A DNA stretch of 64,000 nucleotides from Dehalococcoidia bacterium. GTDB lineage: Bacteria > Chloroflexota > Dehalococcoidia > Lucifugimonadales > UBA1127. A model generated the notes under the pieces. The model worked only from the letters and a program-made list of their open reading frames with translations, was not told where the DNA came from and made no database searches. This document shows, in pieces, positions 17,639-26,655 of the stretch (the stretch's first letter is position 1; the number at the start of each line of letters is the position of its first letter). The position numbers and the translations under genes were made by a program. Location: contig CAVOCU010000001.1 in assembly GCA_963694315.1 (NCBI GenBank), positions 9,276 to 73,275 of the forward strand, read 5' to 3'.

Positions 17639-18481
17639 CTAGCTCTTGTATTCCTTTTCCATAGCGTAGATGTCCTGTAGCCCCAACAAGTCTGCAATCT
17701 CCGTCCGATACTGCGGCGTACTGATAGCACCATTGTCGCGCAGTTCCGTCATAGCGCGTTTCACCGCATCGTAGACCACCGTCAGCGTGTAGCCTGCCAG
17801 CATCAGCTTGAAGCCCAGTTCGGCTACTTCGCCCGTCGTTGCTACAGGGTCAGCGCCGTTGAACACCTTGGGCAGGTCAGCCATCTCCCGGGCGCACGTC
17901 TCCAGATCTTCTTTAGTTTTTACTCCATCCACAAACACCAGGTCAGCCCCCGCCGCGTAGTAGGCCTTGCATCGACGGATTGTGTCCTCCCAACCGTTGA
18001 CCTGCAGGGCGTCCGTCCGTGCAATGATGACGAAGTCCTTGTCTTTGCGTGCGTCCAGGGCTGCGCGCACTTTCTGAACGTGCTCCTCCATAGGGATTAC
18101 GTCCTTCCCAGCAAAGAATCCGCACTTCTTTGGGAACACCTGATCCTCAATGTGGATGCCGCTCACCCCAATCGACTCGTACTCCTGCACTGCACGATGC
18201 ACATTGATTGCGTTGCCGTACCCCGTATCGCAATCGGCCACCACCGGCACTTCCACCGCGTTGGCTATATACCGAGCGTTGGCCACCATCTCCGTCTGGG
18301 TCAGCAGTCCTACGTCTGAGAAGCCGTGCTCAGCGGAAGTGCCAGAGCCAGTCATGTACACGGCCTTGAACCCCACAGATTCTGCAATCTTGGCGTGGAG
18401 GGCGTTGAGGCAGAATGGTGCTACTACCATCTCGCCGCTGCTCAGCATCGCTCGAAGCCTGGTTGTTCTCTCGTTTGCCAT
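17639..18481 (-). CDS. isocitrate lyase / PEP mutase family enzyme (methylisocitrate-lyase-like)
   Basis: DCDTGYGN and HIEDQVFPKKCG motifs. Start ATG 18481 behind AAGGAGA. Confidence 0.85.
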   Translation of the reverse strand: MANERTTRLRAMLSSGEMVVAPFCLNALHAKIAESVGFKAVYMTGSGTSAEHGFSDVGLLTQTEMVANARYIANAVEVPVVADCDTGYGNAINVHRAVQEYESIGVSGIHIEDQVFPKKCGFFAGKDVIPMEEHVQKVRAALDARKDKDFVIIARTDALQVNGWEDTIRRCKAYYAAGADLVFVDGVKTKEDLETCAREMADLPKVFNGADPVATTGEVAELGFKLMLAGYTLTVVYDAVKRAMTELRDNGAISTPQYRTEIADLLGLQDIYAMEKEYKS

Positions 18482-18598
18482 GTTGGTTCTCCTTCTCATA
18501 AATTGAGGTCTTCCTATTCCCAATGTGCCGGGTGGGAAGACCTCATCCTGGGGCAACCGTCAGGTCATGGGGAGGGCAGGGAAGATAGGTCGGCTTGG

Positions 18599-19861
18599 CT
18601 ACAGAATCATGGACTCTGCAGCTACCGCTTTCAAGGACATATCCTGCGATGCCTTCACGGCGGCTGAACGGATGCGATACAGGTCACCGTGTTGAGGGGC
18701 GTACGGCTCAATGCCTTCTTGAAAGTCAGCCAACTCTCGTAGCAGCCTGCGCCGAGCGCCGATGATGGCCGCATCTGACGTTCCTAAATGCTCTTTGTTC
18801 CTGTCGCTGATGGCTCCCATACCTTCTATTACTGCCATGTCCTGGGCTTGGATGCCCTTGATGCCGCTGTAGCTCACCGTTTGCTGCTTTGTGCGGTCAA
18901 TGAGGTAGTCATTACCCTTATTGGCATAAGCTTTATAGCTCAATGGCATCACCAGCTCGTGGAAGATGCCGCCTGTCTCGTACTCCGTGCGTTCAGCAGC
19001 CGTTAGAGCCCTGCGTGGGTGCCACGATGCTCGGAAGACCAGTGATGTGTTGTCGTCGGCAGGCACATACATGTTGCCCGTCATCACCGCATCTTCCTCT
19101 GCGGGGACTATTGTCCCGTAGGGTAGCATCCAGGGCGTGATACGCCAGTAGTACTTCCCCTCCGGCGTCGTGCGCCGCGCGCCAATGATCAGACCATACT
19201 CGGTTTCGTCCAGGACAAACCGTGGAGACTTGTCCTGTAAGGCGGTGCCCTGAGCATCGGAGTTTGACACGGTCAGTGTGTAATCGGCGGGCTTCAGGCT
19301 GCTGTGTAGGAAGCTGATGTGGCTGGAGTCTATGCCACCTTCCAATGCTTGGAGCCAATTGCATTCCTGAAGGCACTTGGTCAGAAACAGGTTTTCTTCC
19401 GGGCAGGAAGCCCACCCCAGGTCTGGAAGCTGCGGTCTGCGGTCTGGGGGCCCCATGTAGGCCCATACCACAACTCCGCGCTCTTCAGTGGGATATGCGG
19501 CTATCTTCACCTTGTTCTTGAAGTTGCTCTCTGCCGGCTCAGACGGCATGTCTACGCAGTTACCCTCTGCATCAAACTTCCAACCGTGGTAGACGCACCG
19601 CAGGCCGCATTCCTCGTTCCTGCCGAAGAACATACTTGCGCGACGGTGTGGGCAGTAGTTGTCGATGAGCCCTACTACTCCGTCCGTGTCTCTGTATGAG
19701 ATGAGTGACTCTCCAAGGATTCTCACTCGCACGGGAGGGCAGTCTGGTTGGGGTACTTCTTCAGACAGAAGTGCAGGAACCCAGTATCGGCGTAAATACT
19801 CGCCCATAGGTGTACCAGGGCCAACATGGGTCAGCAGGTCATTCTCTTCAGTGCTGAGCAT
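18599..19861 (-). CDS. Rieske [2Fe-2S] oxygenase, alpha-only type (paralog 3)
   Basis: CPH-x16-CVYH plus DSSHISFLH. Confidence 0.9.
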   Translation of the reverse strand: MLSTEENDLLTHVGPGTPMGEYLRRYWVPALLSEEVPQPDCPPVRVRILGESLISYRDTDGVVGLIDNYCPHRRASMFFGRNEECGLRCVYHGWKFDAEGNCVDMPSEPAESNFKNKVKIAAYPTEERGVVVWAYMGPPDRRPQLPDLGWASCPEENLFLTKCLQECNWLQALEGGIDSSHISFLHSSLKPADYTLTVSNSDAQGTALQDKSPRFVLDETEYGLIIGARRTTPEGKYYWRITPWMLPYGTIVPAEEDAVMTGNMYVPADDNTSLVFRASWHPRRALTAAERTEYETGGIFHELVMPLSYKAYANKGNDYLIDRTKQQTVSYSGIKGIQAQDMAVIEGMGAISDRNKEHLGTSDAAIIGARRRLLRELADFQEGIEPYAPQHGDLYRIRSAAVKASQDMSLKAVAAESMIL

Positions 19862-19934
19862 TTACTGCCTCCCGCGTGTCTACGTGGGGTTGATGGCATA
19901 AAGATACACCCCTCCCTACGTAGGAGGTAAATAC

Positions 19935-19964
19935 CAAGGGGGCTGCTCTAGAGCAGCCCCCTTG
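19935..19964. terminator. perfect palindromic hairpin CAAGGGGGCTGCTC/TAGA/GCAGCCCCCTTG
   Basis: Lies downstream of the DUF5679 mini-gene and upstream of Rieske paralog 3, both on the minus strand. Confidence 0.65.
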
Positions 19965-20103
19965 AGACAACACCATATCTGCGCCTTCAATGTGTCTGTT
20001 CAACACAGAGGCATACAGTGTGAATATTCCCCTAGGTGTGAAGCACGGTATTACCCGCTCTCTCCCATCTCAGGACGAGTCACATCACCTGCTGTTAAAG
20101 CTT

Positions 20104-20244
20104 TTAGCTCTTACCTATACGGAAGAGCTTGGTGCCGCAGGTCCCGCAGGTGCCCTGAGTGGCCGGTCGGCCATTCTTCAGGGTAACAGGGGTAGGTCCG
20201 CTGATCTCTCGCTTGGTTCGGCATTTGAAGCAATAGGCTTCCAT
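20104..20244 (-). CDS. DUF5679-like zinc-ribbon mini-protein (46 aa)
   Basis: Read by hand (below the ORF-track cutoff): MEAYCFKCRTKREISGPTPVTLKNGRPATQGTCGTCGTKLFRIGKS. It has a CxxC...CxxC ribbon. SD GGAGGC lies 6 nt before the ATG, and a palindromic terminator lies downstream at 19935. Confidence 0.6.
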   Translation of the reverse strand: MEAYCFKCRTKREISGPTPVTLKNGRPATQGTCGTCGTKLFRIGKS

Positions 20245-20490
20245 GTTGACGCCTCCTTCTCCTAGCTAATAACGTAGCGACCATAATAGTTAGCCGTAGC
20301 TTTGTCAACAGGTTTGTTGCTTGATTCTTGACTCGTCTGCTAGTAATTGGGCTTTTCTGGGGCTGTTTGGAAGGCGATAGCTAGGGCGGTTCTATGTCCC
20401 AACCATGTCCATATCCACTCAAAACAAGCGCTGGTCTGCCATTCGGAATCGTGTATCATGGGCGCACTTTGGGTCAGGAGGGGGTAGAGC

Positions 20491-21045
20491 ATGTCTTGGA
20501 TTAGAGAGGCAGATGAGCAAAAACCGCCCATCATCAGGGTCATGTCCATCAACCCGGCGGCTATGGATGCCGTCAGTGCTAACAACGCCAACATCACCTT
20601 TGGATCATCCGCGCTTACCAGGGTGCAGGAGGAGGTCATCTCAGGAGCGGTGTCTGCTGCCCAACTGTGTAGGTACTGAACGATGTCCCACGGAGGGTTC
20701 CTCCGTCAGCATTCAGACGACCCTGTGCTTGCCAGCCACATCATGCATGATTACACCAAAGCTGACCTTGACCCTACGACGAGGGCGATGCTCGATTTTG
20801 CGGTCAAGCTGACCAAAGAGCCGTGGTCTATGGTGAAGGGCGATGTGGAGAAGCTTCGAGATGCAGGCTTGAGCGATGAACAGATTTTGTCTGTAGTTCT
20901 TATCACCTGCAATTTCAACTTCATGGCCCGTATGGCTAACGCCCTTGGTGTGGAGCTTGGGGAGGGGCGCCAGGAGCAGATTGAAGAATGGCTCAGCCCA
21001 GAAGCTGCTGCCCAAGAGTGGCTGATGAAGGTCAAAGATGCGTAG
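20491..21045 (+). CDS. AhpD-like / carboxymuconolactone decarboxylase family protein with in-frame TGA (candidate selenocysteine) at 20677-20679
   Basis: Track ORFs 20491..20679 and 20683..21045 share a frame. The joined sequence reads ...AAQLCRY[TGA]TMSHGGFL. The TGA replaces the second Cys of the family CxxC..H motif. A hairpin lies 10 nt downstream. Confidence 0.6.
20690..20706 (+). promoter_or_regulatory. SECIS-like hairpin ACGGAGG-GUU-CCUCCGU
   Basis: 7-bp stem and a 3-nt loop starting with G. Begins 10 nt after the in-frame TGA at 20677-20679. Confidence 0.5.
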
Positions 21046-21170
21046 AAGAACAACATAGCCCGAAACAAAGCGGCCTCTCCTTCATAGGACATGGGGGTGT
21101 TTTTGGGGGTATACTCTCATCCAATTGAGTGATTTCCAGCAAGTAATTTAGGGCGTTATTCCTTTGGTGG

Positions 21171-21686
21171 ATGTGGGCAATACCATATTTGGACTTTAAT
21201 GGGTACATGATGAACAAGACTGAAATAACAGCAACAAACCACTTCGCAAACAACAACGTAGCCGCCTCCGCAGTGAAGACTGCTCTGGTGGTAGACGACG
21301 AGGTAGCCCTGCTCCCGGTCTACATAGAGTTCTTGGGGCGGATGGGCTACGCGGCTACGGGAGTCGTTAACGGTGCAGAAGCCATCGCAGAGATGGATCA
21401 GCATCACTATGATTTGTTGCTCGTGGATTTGCGCATGTCTGGCAAGACTGGGTTTGAGATGCTCAACGAGCTACGCCCTGACCACCCGGACACGTGTATC
21501 ATCCTGGTTAGTGGGTGCGTCAGCCACGAGTTTGCTGCTACGGCCTTGAGGTTGGGCGCAGACAGCTACGTAGCTAAGCCATGCAGCCTGGGGTACCTTG
21601 CGGAGCGCATTCAGTATGCCCAGGAGCTCCGAACCAGTGCTGGCAATCGTAGCCATCGCCGAGAAGCCCTCGTTAACGCAGGCTAG
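21171..21686 (+). CDS. stand-alone response regulator receiver (CheY-like) protein; start may be 21207
   Basis: VVDDE...LLLVDLRMSGKTGFEML...AKP receiver-domain pattern. No output domain. Confidence 0.75.
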   Translation: MWAIPYLDFNGYMMNKTEITATNHFANNNVAASAVKTALVVDDEVALLPVYIEFLGRMGYAATGVVNGAEAIAEMDQHHYDLLLVDLRMSGKTGFEMLNELRPDHPDTCIILVSGCVSHEFAATALRLGADSYVAKPCSLGYLAERIQYAQELRTSAGNRSHRREALVNAG

Positions 21687-22079
21687 TTACATTACCGGTG
21701 AGCCGTGGTGATGGACTAGCAGCCACTGCTCTCCGCGCTTCCTGAAGATGTTGGTTGCTTCAATCTGGCCTTCGGTGACTTTTCCATCCACTACAGAACG
21801 TAGACCCTCCGTGCACACTACCCAGGCCCAATCGCCTTCAACCATCACAGATGCCACGGTAATGGTGAATTGCATGACCATGGTGTTGTTGAAGATGTTG
21901 GCCCAGCTTTGTAGCACCTCGCCCCTACCTTCAATGAGGGGCCAGCCCGGGTGTACACAAGTAACCGCCTGGTCCTCGTCCCATGCCCCCCGCATCTGCT
22001 CAAGGTCTAGGGTCTCAAAAGCGCGATAGAACCGCTGGTTGGCCTCTGTTACTACTTCTTTGTCCGTCACTGACATCAC
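21687..22079 (-). CDS. SnoaL-like / NTF2-fold protein
   Basis: 130 aa. EANQRFYRAFETLDLEQM...VTCVHPGWP is typical of the NTF2-like (DUF4440/SnoaL) fold. Confidence 0.65.
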   Translation of the reverse strand: MMSVTDKEVVTEANQRFYRAFETLDLEQMRGAWDEDQAVTCVHPGWPLIEGRGEVLQSWANIFNNTMVMQFTITVASVMVEGDWAWVVCTEGLRSVVDGKVTEGQIEATNIFRKRGEQWLLVHHHGSPVM

Positions 22080-22233
22080 CTCGGGTCAGACTTGCGCTCG
22101 TCTGGGTTCTGCTACATCTGAACGGTTTTCTAGTTTGAATTCGCTCCTAATGTCCCTAATGTCATGTGGGGCGACCTGTTGACCTTATAAACAAAGCCCC
22201 ACCGGGTAACCAGTCAGAAAAGTGGGTGAAGGG

Positions 22234-24036
22234 CTAATCCTGCGCTTGAGAGAGGGCCCATGACAGGTTCCTTGCCGTGTGGATCAGTCCAATATGGCTG
22301 AACGCCTGAGGGAAATTGCCCAGGGCTTCCTTGGTCACGGGGTCAATCATCTCAGAGAGCAGTCCCAGGTGGTTGGCGTACCCCAGCATCTCCTCAAAAA
22401 GGTCTTTGGCTTTCCGTATCTGGCCGCTCGTCATTAGTCCCCCAATAAGCCAGAAAGACAGCATTGTCAGTGCACCCTCCTCCCCTTGGAGGCCATCGTC
22501 TGCTTCATCCACCTTGTAGCGATGCACGAATGGCCCATTGCCAAGCTCCTCCACCGTTCTGGCAATGGTGCTTTGAATGCGAGGGTCGTCCGGTGGGAGC
22601 AGGCCGGTCCACGTCAGGATGAGGGAGCTAGCGTCCATTACATCGCTGTCATAGCTCTGCACAAACGCCTGTTTTGCCTCGCTCCATCCCCGAACCAACA
22701 CTTCCGCCTTAATCTCGTTCGCAACACGACGCCACCTTGCCAGGTTGCTCTTGTGCTCGGTAGCGGTTCCTATTTCGATGGCTTTGTCCAAAGCAGCCCA
22801 GCACATAGCTTTTGAGTAGGTGAAATGGCGCTCGTGGCCGCGTACTTCCCAAATGCTCCGGTCTGGTAAGTGCCATGTTTGGCAGGTCGTCTCCGCAAAG
22901 TCATGGACAATCGACCATATCTCGCTGGAGATGTAGCCACCGTAGCGCATGTAGGTGCTAATGCTGAGAATGACCTCGCCAAAGATGTCTAACTGGAGCT
23001 GATTGGCGGCCCCGTTGCCAATGCGCACGGGTTGGGAGCCCTTGTATCCCTCCAGGTGGTCAAGGGTCACCTCTTCCACGTCTGAGTCTGCTGTGATGCC
23101 GTAGAGCGCCTGGACTTCCCTCGACTTAACGTGTTCTGCCGACATGGATATCAGCCAGTTGAGGAAGTGTCTGGCGTCATGGAGGTCTCCTACGAGGAAG
23201 AGCACATTAAGAGTGAATGCCGAGTCCCGCAACCAGCAATACCGGTAGTCCCAGTTGCGCTCACCACCGATGTTCTCCGGGAGCGATGTGGTTGGCGCAG
23301 CTACAATTGCGCCCGTTGGAGCGTACATCAGCAGATGGAGCACGAGGAACGACCGGACAACCTCGTCTCGCCACATGCCCTTGTAGTCCAACTCTTGTAC
23401 TATCCGTTCCCACATCTTCTTGGTGTGTTCCAACCTGTGGGCGCTTCTGCCGTACCCAACGGCCATAGGCGTAGCCCTGCCGTAGGATGCCACAAAGGTG
23501 GTACCTTCCCCGCCTTCCAGGGTGAACTGGCTTTCTGCAATGCCTCCATTGTCGGTCATGGGGATGCTTGTGGAGAGCGCCAGGGTTTCGCCACCGTTAG
23601 ACGCTAAGACGCCCAAGGGGAGGATTTCAAGGTGTGTTGATGCTCTGGCATAATCGAATCTTGGCTGGAAGACGGATTTGAGGGCTACCGTGCCCTCTTC
23701 ACACGCCACAATCCTATGAATCTCGTGAGGAGCGTGGTCGGCAGAGCGAGTAGGGCTTGTGGCCATGAAGTCCGTGAGGGTGACCCTCCCGGTGGGAGTG
23801 ATGAACGTAGTTTCCAGGATATTTGTGTTAGGGAGGTACCGTTGCGCGGACTCATAAGGCTCTATTGGTGCTATCTGGAAGTACCCACCCTTGTGTTCGT
23901 CTAATATGGCCCCAAAGATGCTGGGTGAGTCAAACCGGGGCATACACGCCCAATCGATAGAGCCATCCAACCCCACTAGAGCGGCTGAGTGCATGTCTCC
24001 TATAAGGCCGTAATCGCTGATAGCCTTGTACGCCAC
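22234..24036 (-). CDS. glycoside hydrolase family 15 (glucoamylase/trehalase-like)
   Basis: 600 aa. N-terminal YGLIGDMHSAALVGLDGSIDWACMPRFDSPSIF and the WLRD catalytic region. GTG start behind GGGAG. Confidence 0.9.
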   Translation of the reverse strand: MAYKAISDYGLIGDMHSAALVGLDGSIDWACMPRFDSPSIFGAILDEHKGGYFQIAPIEPYESAQRYLPNTNILETTFITPTGRVTLTDFMATSPTRSADHAPHEIHRIVACEEGTVALKSVFQPRFDYARASTHLEILPLGVLASNGGETLALSTSIPMTDNGGIAESQFTLEGGEGTTFVASYGRATPMAVGYGRSAHRLEHTKKMWERIVQELDYKGMWRDEVVRSFLVLHLLMYAPTGAIVAAPTTSLPENIGGERNWDYRYCWLRDSAFTLNVLFLVGDLHDARHFLNWLISMSAEHVKSREVQALYGITADSDVEEVTLDHLEGYKGSQPVRIGNGAANQLQLDIFGEVILSISTYMRYGGYISSEIWSIVHDFAETTCQTWHLPDRSIWEVRGHERHFTYSKAMCWAALDKAIEIGTATEHKSNLARWRRVANEIKAEVLVRGWSEAKQAFVQSYDSDVMDASSLILTWTGLLPPDDPRIQSTIARTVEELGNGPFVHRYKVDEADDGLQGEEGALTMLSFWLIGGLMTSGQIRKAKDLFEEMLGYANHLGLLSEMIDPVTKEALGNFPQAFSHIGLIHTARNLSWALSQAQD

Positions 24037-24087
24037 GCTTACTCCCGTATATCCCCAGATACGTTGTTACTGCCTTCCCCAGGGAAA

Positions 24088-24113
24088 CATTACAATATTT
24101 ATATTGTAATGTA
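24088..24113. promoter_or_regulatory. perfect 12-2-12 palindrome ACATTACAATAT-tt-ATATTGTAATGT
   Basis: Read directly. Lies 52-77 nt upstream of the GH15 GTG start. Contains TACAAT on both strands. Confidence 0.6.
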
Positions 24114-24192
24114 ACTATCGAATCGCTGTTCAGACCACTTCGCCGTCCGTCAGGTCATTCGAGTCCAGGGCCTTGCCCTGGTAGGTGTAGGA

Positions 24193-25389
24193 CTAGTCCT
24201 GCCTGGCTTTGAAGAGCGCAAAGGAACTTGTATAGCCGTGCAAGTACGTCGTGCCGCTAACCTGGCCTATCTCGCCGTTGCAGAAGAAGCCGCCTAACGG
24301 GATAGAGCCTAGCATCTCCGTGAACATGCCAGAGTCATGGTTCTCCCTGCCGTACAGGTACTTGCCGCGCCCGTTGCACTGGAACATCAACGCCCCCACG
24401 GGTGACGCTTGCCCTGCCGTCTCCATATACCGAGTCAGTTGCCGTTGAAGGTCCTCTGAAGAGGTAGACGCGTCGCGGATGTGGAACTGGGCCAGCTGGC
24501 CCTCGCGCAGGAGCTCCCCAATGGCAACGTACCCGTTCTCCTGATCCGTGCCAATCAGGTTCCGTATGAGGAAGTCCCCGGCGTTCACATCCTCCAGCTC
24601 TAGCTGCGGATCCATGGCTATGCCCAGGAACAGGTTGTTCCCCGCCAGGGCCTGGTCTCCTGGCGAGAGTTTGCTGAACATTTCTCGTAAGTAGTCCAGC
24701 GGACGCTCGCCGTCCAGTTCCATCAGCAGGTTTCGTTCGGCCTTGGTGATGCGTTTTTGTTCGCCAATGGGGCGGCAGCCCTGAGCTACCACCGTTTCCA
24801 CCACAATGTTGCCTGTCAGTGCAATGCCAACAGCGCCGTCATGGTAGACCTCGTCGCCAAGGAACAGCGCGTGGCCGCTTGGAAGCCCGCTTCCGCTGGC
24901 CAGTCCACCCACTTTGACAGCAGAAGGGAACGCATAGTCCAGTCCCGCCAGTATTCCCTCCCCTGGCATGGAAAAGGGATCCATGAGTACCAGGAAATGT
25001 GGCTTCTCCTCTGGCGATACGCCTAGCAGCTCCGACCATGCGTCCGGGGGGGCGTCTGGAGAGGGGAGTTCGTCTGAGATGACGTGGAAGGGCTTGGCCT
25101 CTACGCCCGGGAGATACCCCACGGTCAGGGCAACAGCTGCGGGCCCCTCAATCTCCCGCGCAGCGCCAATGACACCAGCGCCGGAGCAGCCCAGCACCAT
25201 GGCTCCTGGGAACCGTTCACCCAGGATGCGGGGCACAGCATAAGTGGCATCGCTGTAGCTGGCCGATGCGAATACCATTGCCAGAGAGACTGGGGCGTCT
25301 GGCCCTAGCTCCGCTGCTACTTTCTCTGCACACGCTTCAAGCGCTGTGACCAGGTCGCCATCGTCAGATATCGCCGATGCCCACTTCAT
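24193..25389 (-). CDS. FIST N/C domain sensor protein
   Basis: 398 aa with the FIST pattern, ending in GFFCNGEIG. Confidence 0.75.
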   Translation of the reverse strand: MKWASAISDDGDLVTALEACAEKVAAELGPDAPVSLAMVFASASYSDATYAVPRILGERFPGAMVLGCSGAGVIGAAREIEGPAAVALTVGYLPGVEAKPFHVISDELPSPDAPPDAWSELLGVSPEEKPHFLVLMDPFSMPGEGILAGLDYAFPSAVKVGGLASGSGLPSGHALFLGDEVYHDGAVGIALTGNIVVETVVAQGCRPIGEQKRITKAERNLLMELDGERPLDYLREMFSKLSPGDQALAGNNLFLGIAMDPQLELEDVNAGDFLIRNLIGTDQENGYVAIGELLREGQLAQFHIRDASTSSEDLQRQLTRYMETAGQASPVGALMFQCNGRGKYLYGRENHDSGMFTEMLGSIPLGGFFCNGEIGQVSGTTYLHGYTSSFALFKARQD

Positions 25390-25643
25390 AAAACCTTCCC
25401 CTTGCCCACCTTGGTGCTTACCTGGACACTTCTAAAAACAGATCAGCCTTGTTGGCTGCCGGTCAGCCGTGCCCTTGCGCTGCCCTGCGAATAAGGATAC
25501 CCGCTGACTGCGATGATGTCGCCATGTTGAGCTACAAATTTCAACGGCGTTAATTGAGAATTAATTCACATTAACACGCATTATCGCTAGCCGTACACTC
25601 GTTTCTGCACAGAATTCACCTGTGAAACAGAAAAGGAGAGAGA

Positions 25644-26534
25644 ATGACTCGCACCGTTCAGAAGTCTATCGTAATGATTTTTGCTTTTGTGGCTGCCCTG
25701 GCATTGGTGGCTTGCAGCAGTGATGATGAGCCAACCATATCCACGGTGGCAGTGACGGCTGCCGATTTCTCGTTCACCCTTCCTGCAACAGTAGAGGGTG
25801 GTCTGACCCGTATTGAAATGACCAATGCAGGGCAGGACTCCCACCACATGCAGATACTGAAGCTCAATGATGGGGTGTCACAGGCTGATTTCCAGACCAC
25901 CATTCAAGGGGTTATTCAATCACTTCCAGAACAAGGTGAAGCTGCGTTATTCCAGATATTTGAAGTTGCTGCTCTTGCAGGCGGCCCCTCGGGTGCTGCG
26001 CCTGGAGGCCAATCAACAGCAATCGTAGATCTGAAGGCCGGCGAATATACTCTGGTCTGCTTCATTGCCGGTGCTGACGGAGTACCCCATGTGGCCAAGG
26101 GGATGGTTCAGGCTGTAACCGTAACTGCGCCCACGGGTGACGCTCCTGCCGCGCCGGAATCCTACGCATCTGTTGATTTGATTGACTACGCTTTCTTGGG
26201 TGTGCCAGTAAGCCTTCCAACGGGTGAAACCACCCTGAAGGTGACCAACAAGGGCCAGGAGCCCCATGAGTTCACCGTACTGAAGCTTGAGGGCATCACA
26301 GCGGAGCAGGCTCTAGCATTATTCACTGCGCCGCCAAGTGACGCAGCTCCCGCTGGGCCACCGCCGTTCTCGGATGCTGGTGGATTCCAGGCAATCTTGC
26401 CGGGGGATTCTGGCTATGCTGTATTGAACCTGGAAGCCGGGAATTATTTTACTCTCTGCTTTGTTCCTTCCCCGGTCAATGAGTTCGCACTGCATATGGT
26501 GTTGGGGATGACCTCGTCTTTCACCGTTGAATAA
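25644..26534 (+). CDS. lipoprotein with two tandem cupredoxin-like domains
   Basis: Signal peptide with lipobox LVAC. An internal duplication, each half carrying H...C-x9/11-H-x4-M spacing. SD AGGAGAG. Confidence 0.55.
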   Translation: MTRTVQKSIVMIFAFVAALALVACSSDDEPTISTVAVTAADFSFTLPATVEGGLTRIEMTNAGQDSHHMQILKLNDGVSQADFQTTIQGVIQSLPEQGEAALFQIFEVAALAGGPSGAAPGGQSTAIVDLKAGEYTLVCFIAGADGVPHVAKGMVQAVTVTAPTGDAPAAPESYASVDLIDYAFLGVPVSLPTGETTLKVTNKGQEPHEFTVLKLEGITAEQALALFTAPPSDAAPAGPPPFSDAGGFQAILPGDSGYAVLNLEAGNYFTLCFVPSPVNEFALHMVLGMTSSFTVE

Positions 26535-26558
26535 CCTGATTCGTTTGTAAGGACGATA

Positions 26559-26593
26559 AAAGAAAGGCCCGGGCATACGCCCGGGCCTTTCTT
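26559..26593. terminator. bidirectional terminator between convergent genes
   Basis: AGAAAGGCCCGGGC-atac-GCCCGGGCCTTTCT flanked by A and T runs. Confidence 0.8.
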
Positions 26594-26655
26594 CTTTGTT
26601 ATGTTCCTAGTAACAGAGCAATGTTCAGTCACCGTCAGGAAATATGAGTTCAGGG

